DNA from: Thermoplasmata archaeon
GTDB lineage: Archaea; Thermoplasmatota; E2; JACPAO01; JAHFTW01
Assembly: GCA_034667725.1 (NCBI GenBank)
Contig: JAXDQS010000006.1
Span: 1 to 64,000, forward strand
Length of the DNA stretch: 64,000 bases
Direction of reading: 5' to 3'
The notes under the pieces were generated by a model. It saw only the letters and a program-made list of their open reading frames with translations, made no database searches and was not told the DNA's origin. Positions within the stretch are counted from its first letter, which is position 1. The number at the start of each line of letters is the position of its first letter. Made by a program: the position numbers and the translations under genes. This document shows positions 38,084 through 47,057 of the stretch, in pieces.

Positions 38084-41000
38084 TCAGCCGCCGAGGCTCA
38101 CCGGCACGGGCGGCACCACGACGGGCGGCACGGTCAGGGGCAGCGGCGGCAGCGGCACGGGCAGCGGGGCCGGCGTGTCCATGTGGAACGTCGCGGTCTC
38201 CGACGGGTCCGAGTCCAGCCCGGCCGTGACGGCGACGACCTGGTAGTAGTTCGTCGCGTCGGAGGGGTTGGGCAGCGTGTCCTCGCAGGAGGTGACCGTG
38301 CCCGGCACCGTGGCGATGACGGTGCCCGTGTGGAACGGGTCCGGGCTGGTGCCGCGGTACACGCGGTATTGGTCGATGGCGCAGTCGCCCGCGGGGGTCG
38401 CGGCGGCCCACGCGACGTGGACCCCGCCGGAGGCGCCCAGCGTGGCCGTGACGCCGCCCGGCGCGCTTGGCGCCTGGGGGGCGGCCGTGACGCCGACGAC
38501 GCCCGAGGTGCCGCTGCCGCCGCCTCCGTTGTGGGAGGTGACGCGGTAGCTGTAGGCGCCGCAGGCCACCAGGCCGGGGTGCGTGAGCGAGGTCCCCGTC
38601 GTGGAGCCCAGCGGATACCATGCGCCCTCGCTGGCGAGGTTGTACTCGACGTCGTAGCGCTCAGGGCAGGCGGAGCCGGCGGCCCAGGAGAGCGTGGCCT
38701 GGTTGAGGCCGGCGTCGTAGGAGGCCGTGAGGCCCACGGGGGCCGAGTCGTCCGGCACCGTGACCTGGAGGTGGTCCGTGGTGAAGGCGGTCATGCTGTA
38801 GGTGTAGGGCGGAACGGCGGGGTTGTTGCCCACGCCGACCTTGAGGTAGCGCGTCTGGCAGGGAACCAGCGACCAGCCTGGGACCTTGATGCTGTAGCCG
38901 CTCACGACGCCATCGGTGTAGGTCTCGGTGTAGTCCAGGATGGAGAAGCCCCAGCCGGCCGAGTAGGGGCCCGCGGGGTTCGTGCTGGAGTAGACTGTGG
39001 GGTGGTAGTCGGCGCAGTTGGCGGAGTTCTCCTGCGCGAACGACAGCGTGATGCGCAGGTCGCTGCCCTCCCGGGCGACCGTGCCCGAGAACAGGCCGAC
39101 CGCCTCCGGGATCCAGTGGTAGGCCTTGAGCAGGCGCGGCGTGCCTGGCAGCCAGTAGTAGGGAATGTCGTCGCCGGGGCTCATGGTGTCGTAGGTCCAC
39201 GCCTCGTCCGGCTTGTAGGTCAGCGTCGAGTACTCGTACTGGTGGCAGGCGAGCAGGCCCTCGTGCAGCGCCCACGAGCCGGTCCCGTGCCCGACCTTGC
39301 CGGCGGGGATGAAGTGGTCGTAGTAGATGCCGAGGAACGTCCACGGCGCATGGCTGTCCGGGTCGGCCGTGAGGTCGTGGTAGCCGATGACGTGCTTGTA
39401 GTTGCAGCCGTCGTTGGCCCAGTCCAGCGTCCAGCTCGGCGAGGGGGCCGGGTGGCGGCCGGACAACGGCAGCGCCCTGATGGGCGCGTAGGGCGCCGTA
39501 TGCGCGTTGTACCATTCCATGTCGCACGCCGAGGCGGACGAGTAGAAGTCGCACGGGTGCTGGGGCGAGTCGGCGTAGTTGTCGGTCGAGCCGGCGAGGT
39601 CCACCGGGTTGCTGCCGCGCCACTCGTGCATCGTGACGCCAAAGGTCTGGAAGATGCCGTCGCGGCAGATGGGCTCGTAGACGTACAGCGTGAGCGAGTT
39701 GCTCGGCCAGTCCGCGATCTTCTGCGGGAAGGTGCCGTCGACGCGGTGCAGCTCCAGCCGCTCGCCGCAGTTGGGCATGGCGCTGATGCGCAGCAGGTAG
39801 CGGTGCGAGGCGGCGTCGTGGCTGTCCACCGAGAGCGTGACGTCGGTGGGCGGGCCGGTGTACTCGCCCGCCGAGCTCGGGGCGCGCCAGGACATCAGCA
39901 GGGGCGTGCCGGCGCCGACGCTGTTGTGGGGCGTGACGCGGATGTCCACCAGCTCGCAGTCGCCGACGGGCTCGAGGTCCACTCCGGCCGTGAGGGAGTG
40001 CTCGCCGACCGGGACCGTGTAGGACTTGTGGTAAGCGCCGATGGTGGTCTCCACGACGTAGCGGGTGGGCCGGCAGTCGTTCTGGTCGATGTTCCAGGCC
40101 AGGCGGGCGCTGTGGGTGCTGGCGCGGTAGTCGGGCTGGTAGCCGGCGTCCACCCACGGGGCGTTGGGCGGCTTGGTGGGGGTCGTGGTGTCGGTGAAGG
40201 GGAAGGCGCGGGCGTTCTTGTTGTCGCCGCGCTCCGTCCAGAACGCCTCGGCGACGTTGCGGCCGTAGAGCGCCTCGTTGACGGCGTCCTTGGTCTCGAC
40301 TTGCGCCTGGTACCGGGTGCACCATTGCAACGGCAGGGCGCGCGTGGTGCCGGTGCCCAGGGCCGCGTCCGAGTTGGTGCGCTGGCCGTAGCGGGTCGCC
40401 TCGACCTTGTGCAGGTTGTTCCAGGTCGGGACGGTGGGGGCGAGGTAGTTGCAGACCGGGTCGAGCCAGTCCCAAGACAGCGTCTTGCTGGCTTCGTCGA
40501 TGGTGGCGGTCATGCCGCCGCCCGGGGAGTATGCCACGTCCCAGCGGCCGCATTCGCTGTCGCCGTAGGGGTCGCAGGCGTCGCCGGCGCCGTTGGCGTT
40601 GGCGTCGGCGGCCGTCCCATAGAGCTCGACGCAGGGGTCGGAGCCGTCGGCGAGGCCGTCGCAGTCGTAGTCGCCGGCGGTGGGGGTGTCCATGGCGACG
40701 TCCAAGGTACGGATGGCCATGTCCTCGAACGTGCTCTCCGTGAGGCGTTCGCCGAAGGTCACGAGCACCCGATAGGGGGACGCATCCATCGGGACGGGCA
40801 TGGTGCGGGTGAAGGGCAACGTGAAGTCGGCGCGCTTGAACTCCTCCCGCCGAGGGGACGCATCGACGAGGTGGCGATTGACGTGGCGGGTGTCCTTGGC
40901 GAAGCTGTCGTAGGAGACGATGACGTCCTTCCAGGCGGGGTCCCAGGCGACGGCCGAGATGGTGAGGGACACCCTGTTGCAGGAGCTGTCGAGGCTCCAG

Positions 41001-41110
41001 GTGACGTCGCCGCTGCCGTCGTTGTGGTTGGCGGCCTGGGTCGAGGCGGCGATGGCCGCAAGGGCCAGAAGGGCAAGGAAGGGAAGCAGGCGAGCTCGCA
41101 GGGGGACCAC
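38084..41110 (-). CDS. Large secreted protein with FN3-like domains and a TSP3-like Ca-binding segment
   Basis: Signal peptide; DYDCDGLADGSDPC..DANANGAGDACD; FN3 patterns (LSW..Y.V..YSYRVT); Pro-rich C-terminus. Confidence 0.8.
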   Translation of the reverse strand: MVPLRARLLPFLALLALAAIAASTQAANHNDGSGDVTWSLDSSCNRVSLTISAVAWDPAWKDVIVSYDSFAKDTRHVNRHLVDASPRREEFKRADFTLPFTRTMPVPMDASPYRVLVTFGERLTESTFEDMAIRTLDVAMDTPTAGDYDCDGLADGSDPCVELYGTAADANANGAGDACDPYGDSECGRWDVAYSPGGGMTATIDEASKTLSWDWLDPVCNYLAPTVPTWNNLHKVEATRYGQRTNSDAALGTGTTRALPLQWCTRYQAQVETKDAVNEALYGRNVAEAFWTERGDNKNARAFPFTDTTTPTKPPNAPWVDAGYQPDYRASTHSARLAWNIDQNDCRPTRYVVETTIGAYHKSYTVPVGEHSLTAGVDLEPVGDCELVDIRVTPHNSVGAGTPLLMSWRAPSSAGEYTGPPTDVTLSVDSHDAASHRYLLRISAMPNCGERLELHRVDGTFPQKIADWPSNSLTLYVYEPICRDGIFQTFGVTMHEWRGSNPVDLAGSTDNYADSPQHPCDFYSSASACDMEWYNAHTAPYAPIRALPLSGRHPAPSPSWTLDWANDGCNYKHVIGYHDLTADPDSHAPWTFLGIYYDHFIPAGKVGHGTGSWALHEGLLACHQYEYSTLTYKPDEAWTYDTMSPGDDIPYYWLPGTPRLLKAYHWIPEAVGLFSGTVAREGSDLRITLSFAQENSANCADYHPTVYSSTNPAGPYSAGWGFSILDYTETYTDGVVSGYSIKVPGWSLVPCQTRYLKVGVGNNPAVPPYTYSMTAFTTDHLQVTVPDDSAPVGLTASYDAGLNQATLSWAAGSACPERYDVEYNLASEGAWYPLGSTTGTSLTHPGLVACGAYSYRVTSHNGGGGSGTSGVVGVTAAPQAPSAPGGVTATLGASGGVHVAWAAATPAGDCAIDQYRVYRGTSPDPFHTGTVIATVPGTVTSCEDTLPNPSDATNYYQVVAVTAGLDSDPSETATFHMDTPAPLPVPLPPLPLTVPPVVVPPVPVSLGG

Positions 41111-41166
41111 CAAGGCGCAGCTACCTGGGCGCCGCTTTGAAGGTTGCCAGGGCGGAGGCTTCGCGC

Positions 41167-42945
41167 CTAAGCGTGCAGCCAGACGCCGCGGGTGGGCGAC
41201 TCGACGCGGACGAAGCCGAAGCGCTCGAACTGCACGACGCGGCCCGGCTCGGCGACGGCGGCGGCCTCGACCATGCCGTGGATCTCCAAGAGCGGCGGGA
41301 CCTCGATCTCCTTCTGGTCCTTGCCGGCGGGCGCCTCGCCGCCTTCGTCGTCGAGCGCCGCGGCCTCGTCGTCGGCCAGGAACGCCGGCTTGAGGACCGT
41401 GAACGGCTTGGCCTCCGACCTGGGGAGCCACTGCACGATGCCCATGGTGCGGTCCATGGCGTCGCCGGCGAACGACGCGCGGGCGCCTTGGACGGCGATG
41501 TTGCCGAGGTCCTTCAGGCGCAGCTGCGGGGCCAGGTCGCCTTTGGGGATGTAGATGTCGGGCTCGGCGGCAAGGACGCGATGGCCGGCGTCCGGCGTGC
41601 TAGGCAGCAGCAGCGGCTTGGCGACACGGCCGGCGATGCCGTCGACGTGCAGCGGGGCGGGGTCGGGGACGAAGAAGTAGCGGCGGGCCTCGGGCTCGAT
41701 GGCCTTGGCGTCCTCGGCGTCCAGGTTGCTGAGGCTGATCGCGATGTCCTTCTCGGTGAGGCCCAGGGACACCCAGAAGGCGCGGATGGCTTGGGGAGCG
41801 TAGCCGCGGCGGCGCAGGGCGGCGAGGCAGGGGAGGCGGGGGTCGTCCCAGCCGGAGAACTTGCCGGCCTCGATGGCGCGGCGCATCATGCTGGTGCTGA
41901 ACTTGCCGAACTCGTGGACCGACACGCGGCCCCAGTAGAGCGTCTCCGGGTAGGTCCAGCCCATGTGGGCGTAGAGGAACGCCTGCTTGCGGGTGGAGTC
42001 CATGAGGTCCTTGCCGCGGATGACGTGCGTGACGCCTTGCAGGTGGTCCTCGATGGCGCTCTGGAAGTCCAGCAGGGGCCAGGCGTGGTGGCGCGGAATC
42101 TCGCCCTTGCGCTCGCGGGGATGGATGGCGTCCTTCGCCACGACGCGGAACGCGGTCCAGTCGCGCAGCCCCGGGTGCGGGTGGGTGATGTCGGTCTTGA
42201 CCCGGAGCACGGCGGCGCCCTTCGGGGTGGTGCCGTCGCACATGGCGTCGAAGCCGGCGAGGTTGTCCGCCACGGACTGGCCGCGGTGCGGGCACGCCGT
42301 CTTGGCCTCCTTGAGGGCACGGAACGCGTCGCCCTCGCAGCCGCAGACGTAGCCGCCGCCGGCCCGGATCAGGTCGCGCGCGGCCTCCTGGTAGATCGGG
42401 ATGCGGTCGCTTGCCCGCAGTTCCCGCGTCGGCGCGCGGCCGGTGAGCCACTGGAAGTCGTCGCGGATCATCTGGTAGCCGTCCCAGCCGCGCTTGTCGT
42501 CCATCAAGGGGGGCTTGACCTGGGGGTCGGTGTCGTCGAAGCGCAGCAGCAGCTCGGAGCCGGGATAGGTGCGCCAGTATTCGGCCAGGATCGACACGCC
42601 GCGCGAGTGCCCCAGCGACAGCGGCCCGTTCGGGTTGGGCGCGAACCGCATCACGACCTTGCCCTGGACGTTGGGCAGCTCCTTCAGCCCGGCCCGCTTC
42701 TCCTTCTTCTGGACCTGCAGCAGCTCGGGCGCCTCGGCCTCCAGCGCGGCCTTCTGGGCCTCCGGCGCCATGGCGTTGACCGCGGCGGCGGCGGCCTCCA
42801 AGGCGGCGGCGACGGCGGCGGCCTGGGCCCGCAGCTCGGGCTGGCTCGCCATGATGCGGCCGACCAGCTGCTTGCCGTTGGCCTTGCCGCCGTGCTGGAC
42901 GGCGTTCTGGAGGCACATCCGGCGCGCCAAGGTCTCCAGGTCCAC
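41167..42945 (-). CDS. gltX: Glutamate-tRNA ligase, archaeal type
   Basis: VVMRFAPNPNGPLSLGH, RFDDTDP, THVIRGKD, GWDDPRL, QFERFGF. GTG start inferred. Confidence 0.96.
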   Translation of the reverse strand: MDLETLARRMCLQNAVQHGGKANGKQLVGRIMASQPELRAQAAAVAAALEAAAAAVNAMAPEAQKAALEAEAPELLQVQKKEKRAGLKELPNVQGKVVMRFAPNPNGPLSLGHSRGVSILAEYWRTYPGSELLLRFDDTDPQVKPPLMDDKRGWDGYQMIRDDFQWLTGRAPTRELRASDRIPIYQEAARDLIRAGGGYVCGCEGDAFRALKEAKTACPHRGQSVADNLAGFDAMCDGTTPKGAAVLRVKTDITHPHPGLRDWTAFRVVAKDAIHPRERKGEIPRHHAWPLLDFQSAIEDHLQGVTHVIRGKDLMDSTRKQAFLYAHMGWTYPETLYWGRVSVHEFGKFSTSMMRRAIEAGKFSGWDDPRLPCLAALRRRGYAPQAIRAFWVSLGLTEKDIAISLSNLDAEDAKAIEPEARRYFFVPDPAPLHVDGIAGRVAKPLLLPSTPDAGHRVLAAEPDIYIPKGDLAPQLRLKDLGNIAVQGARASFAGDAMDRTMGIVQWLPRSEAKPFTVLKPAFLADDEAAALDDEGGEAPAGKDQKEIEVPPLLEIHGMVEAAAVAEPGRVVQFERFGFVRVESPTRGVWLHA

Positions 42946-43037
42946 GGCCGCGGCGAGGCAGGTCCTTGATAAAGCAGGTTCGTCCTTCAAGACCCTTTGC
43001 CTCCGAGGTTTATCTCTGGAACCAAGAGACTCCGGTC

Positions 43038-43400
43038 ATGGACAAGCCTCATCCGGTCGCCCTCGTGGTGGAGGACGCCAAGACGGACGGCGAGGTGCTT
43101 TCCCGCCTGCTGGCGGCCTTGGGGTGCCGAACCGACTGGGTGCGCGACGGCCGGGCCGGCGTGCTGGCCGCGTGCAGCGGCTCCTACGACTTCGTCTTCA
43201 TGGACATCGAGATGCCGCGCATGAACGGCCTGGCCGCGACCCGGGCCATCCAGGAGCAGCTCGGCCCCAACAGCCCCTTCATCGTCGCCGTCAGCGGCCA
43301 CCGCGGCAACTCCGACCGCCAGGCCTGCGCCGACGCCGGCATGGACTACTTCATCGAGAAGCCGGTGCGGAAGCGGAACCTGGAGACCATCCTGGCCTGA
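43038..43400 (+). CDS. Single-domain response regulator (CheY-like)
   Basis: LVVED, FMDIEMPRMNG, FIEKP. Confidence 0.92.
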   Translation: MDKPHPVALVVEDAKTDGEVLSRLLAALGCRTDWVRDGRAGVLAACSGSYDFVFMDIEMPRMNGLAATRAIQEQLGPNSPFIVAVSGHRGNSDRQACADAGMDYFIEKPVRKRNLETILA

Positions 43401-43447
43401 GCCTCTGACCTCGCCCTCTTAACCGACCCGGCCTTCGGCGGCCTGCC

Positions 43448-44446
43448 ATGGATGCCATCCTCCTCGCGGGCGGCTACGGCACCCGCCTCCGCCCCCTCAC
43501 CTACACGCGCCCGAAGCCCCTCCTGCCCGTCGCGGGCCGCCCCATGGTGGAATGGGTCATCGACCGGCTGCCGCCGGAGACCCGCCGCGTCGTCGTGGCC
43601 GTCAACTGGAAGGCCCAGGCCCTCGGCGCCTACTTCGCCGCCCGCGAGCGCAAGCGCGGCGAGCACCTGGAGTTCGTCGTGGTGCGCGAGGAGGAGCCGC
43701 TCGGCACCGGGGGTGCCGCCAAGAACTGCGAGCGCCACCTGGAGTCCGACCGGTTCCTGGTGCTCAACGCCGACATCGTCTCCTCCATGGACCTGGCCGC
43801 GATGGCGCGGGTCCACAAGGCCCACGGCGGCGTCGGCACCATCAGCCTGAAGGAGGTCGCCCCCGCCGAGGTGGTCAACTTCGGCGTCGTCGAGCCCGGC
43901 CCGCCCCACCCGTCCGGCGCCATCCCGATCAAGTCGTTCGTCGAGAAGCCGAAAGACCCCAGCCTGGCCCCGAGCCGCCTTATCAACGCCGGCGCCTACC
44001 TGCTGGAGCGCCGCGTCCTCGACCTCGTCCCCGCCGGCCGCCTGGTGTCGATGGAGAAGGAGATTTTCCCGCAACTGATTCCCCAGGGCTTCTACGGCCA
44101 CCCGTTCACGGGCCACTGGATCGACGTCGGCGATCCCCAGCGCCTGCTGCAGGCGGCCCACCAGCTCGACGCGCGCTACGCCGTCGGCCCCGGCAGCCGC
44201 GTCGACCCGAGCGCCAAGTTCGAGGGCTCGGTCGCCGGGCGCGACTGCACCGTCGGCGCCGGCGCCACGGTGGAGCGCTGCGTGCTGGGCGACGCCGTCA
44301 CGGTGGCCGCGGGCGTGCGGCTGGCGGACTGCGTCGTCGGCGACGGCGAGCGGGTCGCGGCGGACGCGACCGGGCAGCGAATCTGGTCGAAGCCGGTGCC
44401 GGCGGGGTACCCGCAGAAGCAGGTCGGGAACTCGCTGGCCGTCTGA
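43448..44446 (+). CDS. NDP-sugar pyrophosphorylase (mannose-1-phosphate guanylyltransferase-like)
   Basis: LAGGYGTRLRPLT..PKPL, EPLGTGGA, FVEKP, WIDVG, hexapeptide-repeat C-terminus. Confidence 0.93.
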   Translation: MDAILLAGGYGTRLRPLTYTRPKPLLPVAGRPMVEWVIDRLPPETRRVVVAVNWKAQALGAYFAARERKRGEHLEFVVVREEEPLGTGGAAKNCERHLESDRFLVLNADIVSSMDLAAMARVHKAHGGVGTISLKEVAPAEVVNFGVVEPGPPHPSGAIPIKSFVEKPKDPSLAPSRLINAGAYLLERRVLDLVPAGRLVSMEKEIFPQLIPQGFYGHPFTGHWIDVGDPQRLLQAAHQLDARYAVGPGSRVDPSAKFEGSVAGRDCTVGAGATVERCVLGDAVTVAAGVRLADCVVGDGERVAADATGQRIWSKPVPAGYPQKQVGNSLAV

Positions 44447-44462
44447 GCCGCCACGCGCACGG

Positions 44463-44797
44463 CGGACACAGGCTCACAGAGCGCCCCACCTGGACACAGA
44501 TTCCACAGAGGCTCTGTGGGAATCTTCCGAATCTGTGCGAATCAGTGCTCGTTGCGTGCCCGACTGGACACAGATTCCACAGAGCGCCCAACCTGGACAC
44601 AGATTCCACGGATCTCTGAGGGAATCTTCCGAATCTGAGGAAATCAGTGCTCGTCGCGCGCCCGACGCACACAGATTCCACAGACCCAGACTTTGGTTCT
44701 GGCGGGGCCTAGACAAAAATTCCACAGAGTTCTGAGGAAATCTTCCGAATCCGTGCAAATCAGTGCTCGTCGCGCGCCGACTGGACACAGGTTCCAC
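44463..44797 (+). repeat. Mosaic intergenic repeat array (A-A-B-A-A-B-A-C-B-A)
   Basis: Modules A, B and C between convergent genes. Confidence 0.92.
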
Positions 44798-44818
44798 CGG
44801 CCGCCGCTGCCGGGCAGG

Positions 44819-45340
44819 CTAATCGAACGACAGCTTCGCCTGCGGCGACTTCTCGACGATGCGCACGTCGCTGAGCTTGCCGCGGGCGCGGATGCGGCGG
44901 CCGTAGTGCGTCAGGATGGTGCCGACGACCAGGAGCAGCAGCGACACCGTCGCCATGACGACGATGAGGCGGACGGCGCCGTTGTCGACGCCGGTCGCCA
45001 GGTAGTAGCGGTCGGGGTAGACGTAGGCGAACGTGACCAGGGTCGCGATGCCGGCGAGGGCGCCGAGGATGGTGGTGGCGAAGCCGACCGTGCCGAGGCG
45101 GCTCGTGGTGTTGGCGAGCTCCAGGTCGACCTTCTGCTGGACGTCCACCTCGCCGCGGGTCTGCTGGTGGGTCTCGATGTCGAGCACCAGCACGTCGTCG
45201 GCGGGCAGGCCGTCGGGGTCGGGCTCCTCGTAGATGACGAGGTAGTCGTGGTCCTGGGGCGGCGGGGCGGCCGGCTCCGGGGGGGATGCCTTGCGGGCGG
45301 GCGCCTTGGCGGCGGGCTTGGCGGGCTTCCGGGCGGCCAT
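44819..45340 (-). CDS. 2-TM membrane protein, probable paralog of 45340..45702
   Basis: TM ending in YP, second TM ending YGRRIRARGKL. Confidence 0.75.
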   Translation of the reverse strand: MAARKPAKPAAKAPARKASPPEPAAPPPQDHDYLVIYEEPDPDGLPADDVLVLDIETHQQTRGEVDVQQKVDLELANTTSRLGTVGFATTILGALAGIATLVTFAYVYPDRYYLATGVDNGAVRLIVVMATVSLLLLVVGTILTHYGRRIRARGKLSDVRIVEKSPQAKLSFD

Positions 45341-45702
45341 CAGTGCATGACCTCCAGTTCCTTGGTGGCGAACTGGTCGAGGCGGCCGGAGCCGAGGACC
45401 GTGCGGCCGTAGAAGAAGCTCGACGTCCCCAAGAACAGCAGCACGATGCCGCTGCCGAGGAACAGGACGGCCTGCTTGATGACCTCGCGCGGGGCGGCGC
45501 TGGGGTACTGGACGCCGAAGATGACGAGGCCGACGAGGGCGGACAGGACGCCGAGCACCAAGGCGACGACGCCGAAGACGGCGAGGCCGGTCATGTGCGA
45601 GTCGACGGCCACGTTGATCTCCGCGTTCAGGTCGCGGCGGTCCTCGAGGCGGGTCGGGGTCAGCTCAGGCTGGATGTTGACGCGGATGCGGTTCTCGCTC
45701 AT
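45340..45702 (-). CDS. 2-TM membrane protein
   Basis: TM ending in YP, second TM ending YGRTVLGSGRL; 1-nt overlap with the downstream gene. Confidence 0.75.
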   Translation of the reverse strand: MSENRIRVNIQPELTPTRLEDRRDLNAEINVAVDSHMTGLAVFGVVALVLGVLSALVGLVIFGVQYPSAAPREVIKQAVLFLGSGIVLLFLGTSSFFYGRTVLGSGRLDQFATKELEVMH

Positions 45703-45705
45703 GGT

Positions 45706-46980
45706 TCACCGCAGGTTCTTCTCGATGTCGATGGGCATGGAGGCGATGACGTTGCGGCCCTCGGCGGCCAGCTTCTGCATGGCCTCCTCGCGGCTGGCGG
45801 CGCGCACCCGCAGGATGCGGACGCGCTTGCGGGGCTGGCCCTGCTGGGTGTCCGCGCTCGGGTTGCCCACCATGTCGACGTCGGTCGGGTAGCCGTCGCC
45901 GCCCTCGGCGCTGCGGCGCAGGAACGGCCGGCCGGTCTCGGGGTTCTCCGCGACCTCGTAGCCTTCGGGGATGGCGGCCGGGTCGCCGCCTTCGGGCGTG
46001 CCGCGGCTGAAGAAGTAGACGCGCTGGGGCTGGTCGCCGCGCAGCTCGTCGCGCTTGTAGAGCGTCCAGTCGCCGTACTGGAACGGCTCGTCGGGGGAGC
46101 CGACCGCCTGCTCCCAGGCGCCCTCGTCGCTGGCCTGGGCCTGGGCCTGCGCCGGCGGCGCCGCGCCGGCCGCGAACTCGCCGGTCGCCGGGTCCGCGAC
46201 CTCCCAGCCTTGGGCCTGGAGGCGCTCGGCCTCGCGGGCCGGGTCGAGCGGCTCGGCGATGGCCTCGTTGACGTCGACGGCCTGGAACTCGACTAAGGGC
46301 TCGCCGACCTGGAACTGTTCGCCGGCGGCCGTGCCCGCCGCGCCGGCCTCGCCTGCGGGCAGGTCGAGCGTGCTCGAGCCGTCCGCGGGGGCCGTGCCGG
46401 TGAAGTCCGCGCCGCCGTCGCCGGCGGGCGCGACCTCCGCGCCGCCGACCGGGGCGTCGGTCTTGAGCGACTCGAGGTCGAGCTCGGTGCCCGAGCCGTC
46501 GCCTTCGCCTTCGGCAGGGGCGCCGTCGGGCACCTCGACCGTGGCGTCCTCGGCCTTGGCGGCGTTGTCGCCCCAGTCGTCGAAGTCGGACAGGTCGCCC
46601 TCGGCGACCAGGCGGTCCACTTCCTCCATGGAGGGGCCGCCTTCGAAGACCTCCGTGCCGGCCTCCATGCCGGCGCCGAGGCCGAGCGGGTCGGTGGCAA
46701 GCTCGCTGGCGTCGACGCCGATGGCGAGGCTGAACTGGCGCAGGCCGGGGCCGGTGTACTCGACCTCGATGCGGCGCTCGCCGTCGTCGGGCGCTGCCGT
46801 GCCGGTCGGGGCCGGGGCCGCGGGGGTGCCGAGGCGCTCGCCGAGGGCCGCGCTGATTTCGGCCTCCGAGTAGCCGAGCCGGCGCAGCATGGACTCCAGG
46901 TAGGGGCGGTCCGAGGCCGCGGCGGGGTCCAGCGCCAGGGTGTCGAGCGTGCGCCGGACGGGATCGACAGCAGTCGCCAT
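45706..46980 (-). CDS. Acidic, largely disordered protein with small folded modules
   Basis: Starts MATAVDP; Asp/Glu/Ala/Gly-rich; module WTLYKR..YFFS..IPEGYEV..ETGRPFLRR; basic C-terminal module. Confidence 0.75.
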   Translation of the reverse strand: MATAVDPVRRTLDTLALDPAAASDRPYLESMLRRLGYSEAEISAALGERLGTPAAPAPTGTAAPDDGERRIEVEYTGPGLRQFSLAIGVDASELATDPLGLGAGMEAGTEVFEGGPSMEEVDRLVAEGDLSDFDDWGDNAAKAEDATVEVPDGAPAEGEGDGSGTELDLESLKTDAPVGGAEVAPAGDGGADFTGTAPADGSSTLDLPAGEAGAAGTAAGEQFQVGEPLVEFQAVDVNEAIAEPLDPAREAERLQAQGWEVADPATGEFAAGAAPPAQAQAQASDEGAWEQAVGSPDEPFQYGDWTLYKRDELRGDQPQRVYFFSRGTPEGGDPAAIPEGYEVAENPETGRPFLRRSAEGGDGYPTDVDMVGNPSADTQQGQPRKRVRILRVRAASREEAMQKLAAEGRNVIASMPIDIEKNLR

Positions 46981-47057
46981 GTGCGTTGTTCCAAGTTGGG
47001 GCCGCTTCATGAGCCTTCCCTTTCCGCCCAGGAGAGAACCACCTGCCGAAACGGGGT

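Noticed and set aside
17428-44797. Repeat arrays as CRISPR
   Set aside because: No unique spacers of constant length; intervening DNA is itself repeated, spacing is irregular, and there are no cas genes in the window.
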